The notes beneath the pieces were generated by a model. It was given only the letters and a program-made list of their open reading frames with translations. It ran no database searches and had not been told where the DNA came from. The position numbers were made by a program, and so were the translations under genes. This document shows, in pieces, positions 21,459-31,619 of a stretch of 64,000 nucleotides of DNA; position 1 is the stretch's first letter, and each line of letters begins with the position of its first letter. Source of the stretch: a virus (Duplodnaviria; Heunggongvirae; Uroviricota; Caudoviricetes); the IMG/VR virus record IMGVR_UViG_3300030035_000081, positions 64,001-128,000 of that record, one strand, 5' to 3'.

Positions 21459-23039
21459 ATGGCTAAGAAGAATAACAACGTCACTTTCAACGTCGGCATC
21501 ACCAACCATTACTTTGACGCTATTTCGCGCCAGAAGTTACCCATGAGCGATGCCGCTTGTGAACCGGTTGATAATGCCATCTCTAATTGCAAAGATGCCA
21601 TTAACATCTTGGTCGCGATTGTGAAAGGCCATGCCAAAAACCTAATCGGTGTGGTTATTGCCGACTGGGGCAATGGTATGTCTAAGGAAAAGCTGCCGGA
21701 AAACCTACAGTTTGGCAACGGCCACAGCAATGAGGGCCCGCTGTGCATCCATGGCGTTGGCCTGAATAATTTCATTTTGGTTGCCACCCGCAACAAGTAT
21801 CCCTGGTTCATCGCTTCCAAGCAGCCTGGAGAGGACAGCTATCACCGCGTTGACGGCCCGTTCGCCACGACCATGACGATGTCCGAGCAGGAAGAGATTC
21901 CTATGGCAGATGTCGTTATGCGTGAGCAGTTTAAGGCTCTTGGCGCTCCTTCTACCATCATCTATGTGGAGATGGACAAGGCTACCGCCAGCACCATGCT
22001 GACCAAGAACGGCAGCTGCGCTGAGAGCCGGGTCACCAGCCTGAACGTGCTGCGTACCTGCCTGGCTGAGCACTTTGGTGTCAAGTACCGCAATTACTTG
22101 GCACCTGACGCTACCGGCGTTGCTCCCGCCCGTATCCTGATTCCTGATTTCCATATGGCGAATGGCAAGACGTGCGATGTGCTCGTCAAGCCCATTTTCC
22201 AGCCGTATAAGGAGAAGCAGAAGGAAAAGAACTTCACTGTTGACTATGATGGGTACGAGATTCCTGTCAAGGTTGAGTGTGGTCAGCTGGATACGGATGC
22301 GACCAAAGGTGTTGTTACTGGTGGCTATGACTTGAAGCATTTCTACCAGAACAACATGCTTACGCAGGGCTTGGATATCCAGCTCGGCGAGCGTGTTATC
22401 GCCACCGCTCAGTTTGATACCATCTGGGACAAGGCTCGTCACCCGGCCTTCAACGCTTTCACCGGCGTTGTTGCTGTTGATATTTCCGGTCTGCCGCGTG
22501 GGTTCTTGAATACCCTCGCCAACAAGTCGGATATCGACCTGAGCGACAAGGGATGGCGTAAAATTTTCGACGCTATTGCCGAAAACGTGAAGCCTCTCGA
22601 AAGCGAGCCTCTCACTCTTGAGAAATATGCGCAGGATTTTGCAAATCGGCTGGTTGCAGACACCGGGAATGAAGTTGAACTCCAGTTCCCTCTGTACGCA
22701 AACCGGACTCGTATCGACGTTCTGGAACATATCGACGAGTCCCACTGCAAGATTTATGACTTCATGAGCGGCGTTGCTACTTTGAAGTCTGTAACCGAGC
22801 TGCGGACTCATTGGGATGGCATGGTTGCACAGGGCATTCAGCCTGTTTCGGCTGTGATGTTCTGCAATAAGCGCGGTCCTATGCTCAAACATACCTGCGA
22901 CGAGATGAATACTCTCGTGCAGGCTATGAATGACGAGGACTTCTACATGACCCTCGAAGCTGCTGGTGGTGATGCATCTAAGATGCCGCACTACAACTTC
23001 GATGTTATTCTTGACCAGAATATCCCCGTGAAGAAATAA
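21459..23039 (+). CDS. GHKL (HATPase_c/MORC-like) ATPase domain protein
   Basis: E.VDNA (N box), DWGNGM (G1), HGVGL (G2); possible nuclease-like C-terminus (RIDVL). Confidence 0.75.
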   Translation: MAKKNNNVTFNVGITNHYFDAISRQKLPMSDAACEPVDNAISNCKDAINILVAIVKGHAKNLIGVVIADWGNGMSKEKLPENLQFGNGHSNEGPLCIHGVGLNNFILVATRNKYPWFIASKQPGEDSYHRVDGPFATTMTMSEQEEIPMADVVMREQFKALGAPSTIIYVEMDKATASTMLTKNGSCAESRVTSLNVLRTCLAEHFGVKYRNYLAPDATGVAPARILIPDFHMANGKTCDVLVKPIFQPYKEKQKEKNFTVDYDGYEIPVKVECGQLDTDATKGVVTGGYDLKHFYQNNMLTQGLDIQLGERVIATAQFDTIWDKARHPAFNAFTGVVAVDISGLPRGFLNTLANKSDIDLSDKGWRKIFDAIAENVKPLESEPLTLEKYAQDFANRLVADTGNEVELQFPLYANRTRIDVLEHIDESHCKIYDFMSGVATLKSVTELRTHWDGMVAQGIQPVSAVMFCNKRGPMLKHTCDEMNTLVQAMNDEDFYMTLEAAGGDASKMPHYNFDVILDQNIPVKK

Positions 23040-23173
23040 CATCACTTGCCGTCATCCGAAAGGGTGGCGGCATTTTTTTGTTGAGCCATTGCTCAAACAT
23101 CGAGATTCCTCATGTGGGATATAGCGTTTTGTACAGATATATGCTATAATTGGCACAAAAAGGAGGAACCGAC

Positions 23174-23554
23174 ATGGCAGAAAATAATAACAACGGTGGC
23201 AAAAACACTAATATCATCACCAAAATCAACGATACCATTTCCAAAGTCCTGGGCGATTTCCCGCCCGTTGTTCAGACAATCGCAAAAATCGTTGTCTTCG
23301 GTGGGCTCATCCTGCTTATCGCCAAAGCCATCGGCTATATTTTCCCGGTTATTGTGAACGTTCTTTTCAACCTCTTAGTCAAAATCGTTGGCTTCTGCAT
23401 TCTGGCAGCCTTTCTTTACGGCTGCTGGTACGAGGTAAAACTGCAAATGACTCGCGATGAAAACTCCTTCCTACTGAATGAACGTCTCAAGTATCAGAAA
23501 AAAGAATACGAGGAACGTGAGCACAGAAGACAAGAACGAGATAACAGACGATAA
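23174..23554 (+). CDS. Membrane protein
   Basis: AGGAGG RBS, 2 TM segments. Confidence 0.8.
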   Translation: MAENNNNGGKNTNIITKINDTISKVLGDFPPVVQTIAKIVVFGGLILLIAKAIGYIFPVIVNVLFNLLVKIVGFCILAAFLYGCWYEVKLQMTRDENSFLLNERLKYQKKEYEEREHRRQERDNRR

Positions 23555-23611
23555 TACATAATCATAAATAGGCTGTCCAGCTTCGGTTGGGCAGCTTTTT
23601 TTATTTTCCTG

Positions 23612-23639
23612 TTGCAGGCTCTTGCGAATTGTATACCAT
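23612..23639 (+). promoter_or_regulatory. TGCGA-type promoter (no leader)
   Basis: ttgcag-gctct-TGCGA-attgta-taccat after a terminator. Confidence 0.6.
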
Positions 23640-23662
23640 AAAAAGTATGAAAGGAGTTTATC

Positions 23663-23911
23663 ATGAAAACACTTGAATCCTTTTTTAGCAGAACTGCACA
23701 GTTTGGCTTGCTCATTTATCTGACCGGCTGCTTTGGCCTGTTGATTGTTTTAGGCGCTGCAGTCGCAAAATGGTTTAAACTCATCGACGTAATTCAATAT
23801 ATTGCCTTTGCTTTTGGACTTGGACTCCTCACTTTGCTTATCGGCGTGGTGGGTCTCTCACTCCTCGGCATTAGGCAAAACCGCAAACATAAGGAGGTAA
23901 AACGCGCATGA
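23663..23911 (+). CDS. Small membrane protein
   Basis: 2 TM segments, AAAGGAG RBS. Confidence 0.75.
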   Translation: MKTLESFFSRTAQFGLLIYLTGCFGLLIVLGAAVAKWFKLIDVIQYIAFAFGLGLLTLLIGVVGLSLLGIRQNRKHKEVKRA

Positions 23912-25122
23912 GTAAAAAGATTATCAATATCACCGCAGCTGCCATGGCACTCGCCGTGACACTTTCCGGCTGCGCCACAGCTGTGGTTCAGGAACGGAAA
24001 GACCAGGCAGCCGCAGCAGCAAGCGCAGAAGCAGCACAGGCTGCCGTCACAGCAACACCGGAACCGACAGCAGAACCGACCCCGGAACCCATCAATGCCT
24101 GGTCTTTGTTGTCGAATCTCCCGGATTTCACGCCCGGCACGCTGGACAATCCTGACACTACCTGGCCGGACGGTATTCCGATGGGGCAGAGTCCTTTGTC
24201 TTACGATGACGGCAGCAAGTTCTATTCGCTGCGCAGCGTTGATACCGGCAAGACACTGGATATCACGGACGTTGCATTACAGGATGTACGGGATTTGCCT
24301 GTAAAGGGATATCTGAAATTGAACGAACTTGAAAACGGTGATACAGTCATTGGTGAAATCAATGCAGAATCCACAGGCGAAGGCGTAGAAAAGGAAATCA
24401 GTGATTTTTCCATTCACACTGCCAGCAAGGATGACGGCTGTGACTATTATCCGATTGGATATAACGGCGGCTCACTGACCTTGATGCTGGACGGTCGTGC
24501 AGCCAATGACGACGGTATCGATATTGGTGATGCGTTCCTTGACGGTCTCTATTATTCGTCTGTCACCCCGGATAAACTCGAAGGCTATCCGACCGACGGA
24601 GAGCCGGAGGAACAGTTCAACTTCCTGTATGGTTTGTTTGGCAATCCGTCCGGTCTCTACTGGACAAACAACGATTCTGTCGCTTTCAATTCCAGCAAGC
24701 AGTATCGTACCTTTGAAGATTTCCGAGATGCAGATTATGATGTTGAAATTGGCGGCAAGAACTTCTATCTGGTTTGGAACTATGACGGGTATAGTGTTGT
24801 TGCGGCGTGCAACGATACCTTTGACAGCGCTAATGTGAAGGGCACTACGATTCAGGATATCTACTTGTTCCCGAACATGACAGAAACCAAGTACCTCGTC
24901 GAAAATTCCGGCAGCCTGATTAGCGGTTATCTGGGTTATGGTGAAGTTCCCGTCATCTTGACTGGTACATACGCATCAGTCAACAGTGATTCGACTGCCG
25001 AACAGGATACAAGCGCGGAAGAAAACACCGACGCTGAATCTGGTGACAATTCCACGGCGGACGAAAACGCTGAGTCCAGTTCCGATGATAACAGCGACAG
25101 CTCGGAAAATTCAGATTCCTAA
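23908..25122 (+). CDS. Lipoprotein, acidic
   Basis: Lipobox LSGC, Ala-rich/TPEP linker. Confidence 0.85.
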   Translation: MSKKIINITAAAMALAVTLSGCATAVVQERKDQAAAAASAEAAQAAVTATPEPTAEPTPEPINAWSLLSNLPDFTPGTLDNPDTTWPDGIPMGQSPLSYDDGSKFYSLRSVDTGKTLDITDVALQDVRDLPVKGYLKLNELENGDTVIGEINAESTGEGVEKEISDFSIHTASKDDGCDYYPIGYNGGSLTLMLDGRAANDDGIDIGDAFLDGLYYSSVTPDKLEGYPTDGEPEEQFNFLYGLFGNPSGLYWTNNDSVAFNSSKQYRTFEDFRDADYDVEIGGKNFYLVWNYDGYSVVAACNDTFDSANVKGTTIQDIYLFPNMTETKYLVENSGSLISGYLGYGEVPVILTGTYASVNSDSTAEQDTSAEENTDAESGDNSTADENAESSSDDNSDSSENSDS

Positions 25123-25139
25123 TTCTTAAAAAATAGTTA

Positions 25140-25255
25140 TTGCGTATTCGTGCGAAACGCATACAATAAAAATTGTATGATAGATAACAGCACATATACG
25201 CTATAATTTCACAATTCTGAGAAGCAGACTATCCGTTTGGAGGTCTGCTTTTTTT
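25140..25255 (+). promoter_or_regulatory. Promoter-leader-attenuator module copy (short)
   Basis: TGCGA-N6-tacaat, ttgtatgatagataaca, ttcacaattctg, AGCAGACT..GGTCTGCT-T7. Confidence 0.8.
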
Positions 25256-25320
25256 GTTGGAATTTTGCGGTGCTTTGCTGACGTTTATCGTAACTAATCA
25301 CTACAAGGAGAAATAAAAAG

Positions 25321-25644
25321 ATGACCGTAACAAACACTGTAACAGAAACAGAACACTTAACTCCCCTGCGTTCCGCTGTAGAGCACATCAACTGGAATAC
25401 TTTGTACCAGCAGAAAATGGCTCTCGAAGAAGTCTCTGACATGCTCTATGCCAAGAGAAAAGAGGATGACACGTTTGGCAAGGCTTCCGCCTGGCTCGAA
25501 AGCGTCATTGCACTCATGGAACGTTTGGGGGATGCAGCAGAAGAGGAAGGAAAGTTTAATTATCCCGAACGGGATGAAAACGACAAGCACCTGGATGATA
25601 GGTTCAATCATGTGTTGAATCAGTACCCGGATGTGGATATCTGA
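25321..25644 (+). CDS. Hypothetical protein
   Basis: AAGGAG RBS. Confidence 0.75.
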   Translation: MTVTNTVTETEHLTPLRSAVEHINWNTLYQQKMALEEVSDMLYAKRKEDDTFGKASAWLESVIALMERLGDAAEEEGKFNYPERDENDKHLDDRFNHVLNQYPDVDI

Positions 25645-25665
25645 CCAGTTCATATCAGGAGGACA

Positions 25666-25911
25666 ATGATGCGGATTAACAGCAGCTGTGTGCTTCACAG
25701 CACCACGAGTCTCAACGCAAGAGTTCTTCCGCTCATTGGACGGGTCGGAACTCTTGAGCTGTCAAGTGGGCAGCCACTCGTATTCAAAACAACAACACCA
25801 AAACAACAAGACGTCCTGCGTACCAGCACAGTAAAAGCTATTGGCTTTGCAGGAAGCAGAATTTTTGTCAAAACCGAAAGAGGAACCCAATACACATTTG
25901 AATTTCAGTAA
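25666..25911 (+). CDS. Hypothetical protein
   Basis: AGGAGG RBS. Confidence 0.7.
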   Translation: MMRINSSCVLHSTTSLNARVLPLIGRVGTLELSSGQPLVFKTTTPKQQDVLRTSTVKAIGFAGSRIFVKTERGTQYTFEFQ

Positions 25912-25991
25912 CAACCAAGCGGCCACTAATCTCATTTTTTTATAGATTGGCGGCCGCTATTTTTTTATCAATTTGAAAGGAAGTTTTTATC

Positions 25992-26876
25992 ATGAATTTC
26001 ATCAATGCCGCCACCAAGAAAGAACGCACCCATGTAGAAGAAATTATCAAGTCTCAGCCTGTTATGCCTCATGAAGGCATAACTGCCACTGAGATTGGTA
26101 TTTGCGGCAAGCAGAATCTTTTCATGGACGTTTATCGCCCGGATAACGATGCCGAAAAGCATCCGATTATCATCAATATCCATGGCGGCGGCTTGATTGC
26201 TGGCCGGAAAGAACAGAATCAGAACCTGGCAACCTGGCTCGCTAAGGAAGGCTATCTCACCTTTGTGCCGGATTACCGTCTGGTCCCTGAAACCAACATC
26301 TTTGGCCAAATCACTGATGTCATCAATGCGTTTGCTACTGTAGCTGAACGTGCTGAAGATTTCGTTGGTGACTTGAATCAGGTCTTTGTAGTTGCCGACA
26401 GCGCTGGCGCATTCCTTGCCTGCATGGCAAGCTCTATTCTCCGCTATCCTGTCAAGATGCAGCCGGTAGAGGACGAACTGGAAGAGAACGTACCCGAGGC
26501 AGCCAAGAAGCTCGTCATCAACGCGATGGGCCTGCAGAGCGGTATGTATTACATCTACAAGGGCCAGGTAGGTTTGCTTCAGAACTACTATATGTCTAAG
26601 GGCTGGAAGAATCACAGTTATGCTGAGTTCATCAAGCCTGAGACCTATTCCAAACTCATCCCCCCGTGCTATATCTGCACCGGGAAAAAGGACTTTCTCA
26701 AGAAACAGACTTTCGGATTTAAGAAGTGCCTCGAAAATGAGCGCGTTCACCACGATTACGGGTTTGTTTCCAAGAAGGAAACCGTTCATGCTTTTGCAGC
26801 ACTGTATCCTGAATCCGAATCAGCAGTCGGTGTAAACCGCGAGATGATTCGGTTCTTCGACAGTTTCAAAAAATAA
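25992..26876 (+). CDS. Alpha/beta hydrolase (HSL-type esterase/lipase)
   Basis: HGGG oxyanion motif, DYRL.PE, ADSAG nucleophile elbow, D and H triad residues. Confidence 0.9.
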   Translation: MNFINAATKKERTHVEEIIKSQPVMPHEGITATEIGICGKQNLFMDVYRPDNDAEKHPIIINIHGGGLIAGRKEQNQNLATWLAKEGYLTFVPDYRLVPETNIFGQITDVINAFATVAERAEDFVGDLNQVFVVADSAGAFLACMASSILRYPVKMQPVEDELEENVPEAAKKLVINAMGLQSGMYYIYKGQVGLLQNYYMSKGWKNHSYAEFIKPETYSKLIPPCYICTGKKDFLKKQTFGFKKCLENERVHHDYGFVSKKETVHAFAALYPESESAVGVNREMIRFFDSFKK

Positions 26877-26914
26877 TAAAACCAAAAAAACAAATAACAA
26901 GGAGGCATTTCATA

Positions 26915-27325
26915 ATGACTCACAATGAGTTGGTTCATGACCTCTGCACTCAAGATTCGATTGTGGTGCAGAACTTTGCTGAGCTGATGCGGTTTGTGCT
27001 CGACGGCAAAGCGGAAGTTATTTACGACGGTTGGATTAACGTCTATGTTCCTATCTGGTTTGATGCAGACAAAGCATTTGGCCTTGATTTGAACTCAGAA
27101 GAAAATGCAGATTGGATTAACATGTACATTGACTGGCATCCGGACGATACCATTCATGCCTATGTATCTTACTGCAACAGTTCTACTGACGACCCCGACT
27201 TTACTCTTGAAGTCATCATGAGCCCTCACCACCGGGAATTGTTCAATGCGTATTTCAAAGAACAGTTTAAGGCGGTTTATCACATGAGTGTCGAAGAAGC
27301 GTGGGCTAAATTCGGCACCGAATAA
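26915..27325 (+). CDS. Hypothetical protein
   Basis: AAGGAGG RBS. Confidence 0.8.
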   Translation: MTHNELVHDLCTQDSIVVQNFAELMRFVLDGKAEVIYDGWINVYVPIWFDADKAFGLDLNSEENADWINMYIDWHPDDTIHAYVSYCNSSTDDPDFTLEVIMSPHHRELFNAYFKEQFKAVYHMSVEEAWAKFGTE

Positions 27326-27344
27326 TATAGTGAGGAGATATATC

Positions 27345-27833
27345 ATGGCACGTAAAGAAATCAAAATTTTCATGGACGCCAAGGAAGCTGCCAGTTTCCT
27401 GAAAACTATCGATTGGTCCTGGCTGTTCGGCTTTCTCAGTGAGCGCTATAACGTTTCGCTCAGCCCTCACAAAGAGCTGAAAGACAACGGCGCAGCAATC
27501 ATCAAGGTCGAATGGCCTGATGAACTGATTGAAAAGTGCGGAATGATGGCTGATGTCTTCTCGTCAGTCAAGCTCGTCACGTTCGATTCGTATTTCAAGG
27601 AAATCGTGGAATACGATGAAGATAAGTTCAATGAAGAACGTGAAGCATGGTTTACCAATCCGACAAAGACGTTCAGCTATCTCGATTGCGATGGCGTCGT
27701 CAAGGAACGGACTCTTGCGCTGAACATCTCCCTTCGCTATACGCTGTATGACGGAGGCTACAATTTCGCAACGCTGCTCTATGCGGTTTATTCCGATGTG
27801 AACGGCTGGACTATCCAAATGGAAAAGGAGTAA
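27345..27833 (+). CDS. Hypothetical protein, paralog of 52307..52822
   Basis: IDW..LF.F....Y...V.WP..L..KCG...GGYNFA.L..A.Y....GW. Confidence 0.8.
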   Translation: MARKEIKIFMDAKEAASFLKTIDWSWLFGFLSERYNVSLSPHKELKDNGAAIIKVEWPDELIEKCGMMADVFSSVKLVTFDSYFKEIVEYDEDKFNEEREAWFTNPTKTFSYLDCDGVVKERTLALNISLRYTLYDGGYNFATLLYAVYSDVNGWTIQMEKE

Positions 27834-28381
27834 TGGCAATGGTTGAAATGGCATTCAAAGTAAATCCCGGTTCCGAATTCTACAAAAATTATTTTTCGAC
27901 AAAGGAGGAAAAAGCGCACTTCGTTGAAATTGCGAAGCAATTCTTCGACAAATATTTTCCCGGTGAGAAATTCTCGTATGTCTTGAATGACCGGTTGACG
28001 GTCGAATTGACACCAGAGCTGTTCGCCAAATACGAATCTCAGGTCATGAAACGCCGTGACCCTCACGGTTTTGTCATCTTTAAACAGCGTTCGCCCATGA
28101 ACTGCCTGTGGGAAGATGAGGTCTGTAAGAACGTGAACGGCAAGAAATTCCTTGCCAACCAGTTCTGGTGGGCCGACTTCAACGGTTCTGGCCGCATCAC
28201 TACGGAGCTGTGGGATGATGAGCAGGGAAATATCTACGGATATTATTCCTGCGAATATGCAACTCGCAGCACCAAGGTTCCAGACACCGTTACGCAGATT
28301 AAGCTGAGTGAATATTACGCGGCTTACGAAGCATACACGGAAGCCAAAAAAGCAACTGCTGACGCCGCTGCTACAGCTTGA
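27833..28381 (+). CDS. Hypothetical protein
   Basis: TAATG overlap with the upstream gene. Confidence 0.8.
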   Translation: MAMVEMAFKVNPGSEFYKNYFSTKEEKAHFVEIAKQFFDKYFPGEKFSYVLNDRLTVELTPELFAKYESQVMKRRDPHGFVIFKQRSPMNCLWEDEVCKNVNGKKFLANQFWWADFNGSGRITTELWDDEQGNIYGYYSCEYATRSTKVPDTVTQIKLSEYYAAYEAYTEAKKATADAAATA

Positions 28382-28507
28382 CGCTGCTTGCGATGCCGGT
28401 AAAATTGTGAATGTACGATAGATAACATCTGCGCATTTCAGCGCTCGTACAATTCACAAACTGACACATTAGGCAGACTCATCTTCACGATGGGCCTGCT
28501 TTTTTTT
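28378..28507 (+). promoter_or_regulatory. Promoter-leader-attenuator module copy
   Basis: All sub-motifs present. Confidence 0.9.
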
Positions 28508-28528
28508 GTTTGAAAAGGAGTAAAAAGC

Positions 28529-29098
28529 ATGAACACAAAACGAATCAAAGAACTGGCTGCGCTGACCGATGGTGAACTTGCAAGGAAACTTCTCATCCAG
28601 GAGTTTGGCAATGACTCTGAAGCCCATTGGGGAAACAACGCACACGATGAACGTGTGATGGTTACTATCAATCCAGACGGAATCGCTCAAAGGACCTGGG
28701 AAGCCGACCATTGGGTTCGCCTTGACGAATTCGACAAAGACGGTTTCTATGCCCGTGAGATTTACGAGGGAAAATGGGTCGATGAGCCATTGCCCAAAAA
28801 CGTCATTGCACGAAATGTCACAATTGCTGCACCGAAACCTATTCAGCAGGAATCCAAAGACACTGAAATTCTTCGAGCGGCACAAGTCCTGTGCAAGCAG
28901 CTGACCGGAGATGACACCTTTGGATGGAATCCTGAGCTTCTTGCACAGATTGCGGATTGCACGGCAGCTTTGCTTGCCACCAACGGAATCAGCTCTCATT
29001 TTCCGAGCGCCAATACTGAACCCATCTGCTCTTGGGAAAAGCCGGTCGTCGAATATCAGCGTCCGGATTACGCCCTGGAGTATGGTACTAACTACTAA
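28529..29098 (+). CDS. Hypothetical protein
   Basis: AAGGAG RBS. Confidence 0.8.
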   Translation: MNTKRIKELAALTDGELARKLLIQEFGNDSEAHWGNNAHDERVMVTINPDGIAQRTWEADHWVRLDEFDKDGFYAREIYEGKWVDEPLPKNVIARNVTIAAPKPIQQESKDTEILRAAQVLCKQLTGDDTFGWNPELLAQIADCTAALLATNGISSHFPSANTEPICSWEKPVVEYQRPDYALEYGTNY

Positions 29099-29113
29099 AA
29101 CGAGGAGGATATC

Positions 29114-29500
29114 ATGGCAAAAAACTATTTTGGTGTCGTTCTGACCACCAAGGAACACGATAAATATCGTCTTGTAGTATACCGCTACAAGGACCCTGGC
29201 ATCCTTAATACCTGCCCGATGTGTCAGCTGCTTCGGGCCATTCACAAATTCCAGCAGGAATACGCTGAAATTCACCGCGAACATTGCAGCCGTATCCCGC
29301 CTCGCAAGTGGTACGAGCTTGGCAGAGTAATGCCGAGTATCGTTCTGCGGAAATACGGCCTGGAAAAGCATTACGAGATGTCATTTGAGCCGAGTCGCGT
29401 GCCTCCAGCTTCTGCGCTGAAGCTCATCCATGGTGCGACCGCTTCTAACTGGAAGCAGTACATCTGGTATGTCGATGGGGACGTGACGATGCTTGGCTAA
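29114..29500 (+). CDS. Hypothetical protein
   Basis: GAGGAGG RBS. Confidence 0.8.
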   Translation: MAKNYFGVVLTTKEHDKYRLVVYRYKDPGILNTCPMCQLLRAIHKFQQEYAEIHREHCSRIPPRKWYELGRVMPSIVLRKYGLEKHYEMSFEPSRVPPASALKLIHGATASNWKQYIWYVDGDVTMLG

Positions 29501-29506
29501 AGACCA

Positions 29507-29639
29507 TTGCACATTCGTGCGAGACCCATACAATTAGAATTGTACGATAGATACCAGCAATTGAAAAGGTGCTTTGCCTTTCGTACAATTCACATTTCGC
29601 TTGAAGGCGAACTTCCAATATCTGGAGGCCCGCCTTTTT
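29507..29639 (+). promoter_or_regulatory. Promoter-leader-attenuator module copy
   Basis: All sub-motifs; perfect antiterminator ttcgc/gcgaa. Confidence 0.92.
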
Positions 29640-29668
29640 GCGTACTTACAAAAAAAGGAGTGTAAATT

Positions 29669-29959
29669 ATGTTTATCATCACAAAAACTTTTACCGATGA
29701 CGAGGGCCATCTTTTCACAAAGGTAAATCCAAAGCAGTATTCCACTCCCGGAGAAGCATACGATGCTATGCGTGAGGATTACCTCAATGAGCTCAAAAGC
29801 CGAGGTCTTGAGGACAACGGCGGTTCCAATGAAGATGGCGAATCCTGCCCTGGCGGATACATCATCAGCGATGAGGCTCAAATCTACGATTTTGCCCAAT
29901 ACACCCCGTATGAACAGCTTCTTCCTGCTGTTTTGTTCGGAGTCCATCGGATTGGTTAA
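29669..29959 (+). CDS. Hypothetical protein
   Basis: AAGGAG RBS. Confidence 0.75.
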   Translation: MFIITKTFTDDEGHLFTKVNPKQYSTPGEAYDAMREDYLNELKSRGLEDNGGSNEDGESCPGGYIISDEAQIYDFAQYTPYEQLLPAVLFGVHRIG

Positions 29960-29970
29960 GGAGAATCGCA

Positions 29971-30777
29971 ATGGCTAAAAAGCGTACTATCAAAGAAATT
30001 ACAAAAATCAACCAAAAGCAAGCAGCACTCGAAGGCTATTCCTACGAAAGGGCCTATCATACCGCCAAGCAGGCAGGGGAACCCTCCTACCGATTTGCTG
30101 TCGGCGACAAGGTACAGGTAGGTTATCTTCTGAACTGTGTTGTTGATGAGATTCTGGAAGACGGGCACATGTACCTTATCCGCAGTGGTGCAAATTGTGA
30201 CGACTATTCCTGCTGGGCCTGGACAAGTGTTCGCCCACTGGATAATGGCAATAGCACGCATTTTGCCAAACGCAATTCTGCACTGTTCCGCCTGCACTAC
30301 TCAAACCGCAGCATGTACTCTCTGCTCAGCTTCCAATACCTGTTCGGCGTTGATTTCAACCCTGATTATCAGCGTGGTTCTGTTTGGGGTGATGAGGACA
30401 GGGAAAAGCTGTTGGACAGCATCTTTATGGGTCGCGAGATTGGTCGTTTCGTCTTTAAGCAGCTGCCATTCACTCGCACAAGCAACGATGGCAACTACTA
30501 TGAAATCGTTGATGGCAAGCAGCGTATGTTGACCCTGCTTGCTTTTTACGAGAACCGATTCCCGTACAAAGGCGTATTTTACAACGACCTTTCCGCACAG
30601 GACAAGAACTGGTTTATGGATGCCTCCATTGGCGTTGCTGAGATTGACCAGAGCGTAACTCGCGCAGAAGTCTTGGAAATTTTCCTTGCCATGAATGAAG
30701 GCGGTAAGCCTGTCGCAAAGGAAGTCCTCGACCATGCACGCGAATTGCTAAACGAAGAGAAGGGAGAAGGATTATGA
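29971..30777 (+). CDS. DUF262 (ParB/Srx-like) domain protein
   Basis: PDYQR..VW, LLDSI..G..IG, IVDGKQR, F..MN.GG. Confidence 0.85.
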   Translation: MAKKRTIKEITKINQKQAALEGYSYERAYHTAKQAGEPSYRFAVGDKVQVGYLLNCVVDEILEDGHMYLIRSGANCDDYSCWAWTSVRPLDNGNSTHFAKRNSALFRLHYSNRSMYSLLSFQYLFGVDFNPDYQRGSVWGDEDREKLLDSIFMGREIGRFVFKQLPFTRTSNDGNYYEIVDGKQRMLTLLAFYENRFPYKGVFYNDLSAQDKNWFMDASIGVAEIDQSVTRAEVLEIFLAMNEGGKPVAKEVLDHARELLNEEKGEGL

Positions 30778-31451
30778 TTCCTATGTTCAAGCAAAAGGTC
30801 GGTATGACGAAAATTTATGCAAAAGGAATCGCAGAACTCTTTCTTATTCGCTGCAATCCCTATCATTGGGACGGCAGCGGGGAAGTGCCTGACAACATCA
30901 GTTTCGATGTGTACAAGCGCAAAATCGATGAAACATACGATGGCTGCACACTCGAAATTCAGCTTTGCAAACCTGATGGTTGTCTTTGCTATGTGGCTTC
31001 TGTTCACCTGTATGAAGGCGGATTCTGGACAGGGCACGGCATTGGCTGTTTCGACAAGACTGCGATTTGCAACGACCCTGGTTCTGTCGATGCCTTGACA
31101 AGCGCCATCATGCGAGTGTGCATGATATACGAAAATCTCACAAATTTCCGCAAGGTTTTCGTCAAGTGCCTTACCATCAGCCAGAAACGAATGAACGAAA
31201 TCAAGCAGTATACCGATGACGGCAAAGAGCAGGATGAGATTGAGTTCGAATCCGTTATCTTCGCCGATGGTATGCACATGGATGTTCGCTGCATCCCACG
31301 CCACAATGGACCTTCCTGGTGCGAAGCGGCTATTTATCGTGAGGATGAGGATATCGTCACGTCTGAGCCGAGCAACTCGTTCTACAACCATTGGGTTTGC
31401 CAGACGGCAAACGCCACCTACCATCTTTATATAGGTATTGCTGACGAATGA
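30774..31451 (+). CDS. Hypothetical protein (C-terminal domain shared with family C)
   Basis: FADGMHMDVRC....W.EA......SEP...F..HW. Confidence 0.8.
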   Translation: MIPMFKQKVGMTKIYAKGIAELFLIRCNPYHWDGSGEVPDNISFDVYKRKIDETYDGCTLEIQLCKPDGCLCYVASVHLYEGGFWTGHGIGCFDKTAICNDPGSVDALTSAIMRVCMIYENLTNFRKVFVKCLTISQKRMNEIKQYTDDGKEQDEIEFESVIFADGMHMDVRCIPRHNGPSWCEAAIYREDEDIVTSEPSNSFYNHWVCQTANATYHLYIGIADE

Positions 31452-31454
31452 AAC

Positions 31455-31589
31455 TTGACGCGCCTTGCGAACAGCATATCATAGAAATTGTACGATAGAT
31501 ACCAGCAATCGAAAGGGCGTTTTGCCTTTCGTACAATTCACAATTTCGCATGAAGAGCGGACTTCCCACATCGGGAGGTCCGCCTTTTT
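31455..31589 (+). promoter_or_regulatory. Promoter-leader-attenuator module copy
   Basis: All sub-motifs present. Confidence 0.92.
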
Positions 31590-31619
31590 GCGTTATAACA
31601 ACAAAAGGAGTGTATTTTT

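Noticed and set aside
23180..23200. AATAATAACAACGGT as a DGR template repeat
   Set aside because: It is just the MAENNNNGG N-terminus of a membrane protein; no similarity to the VR flanks or IMH.
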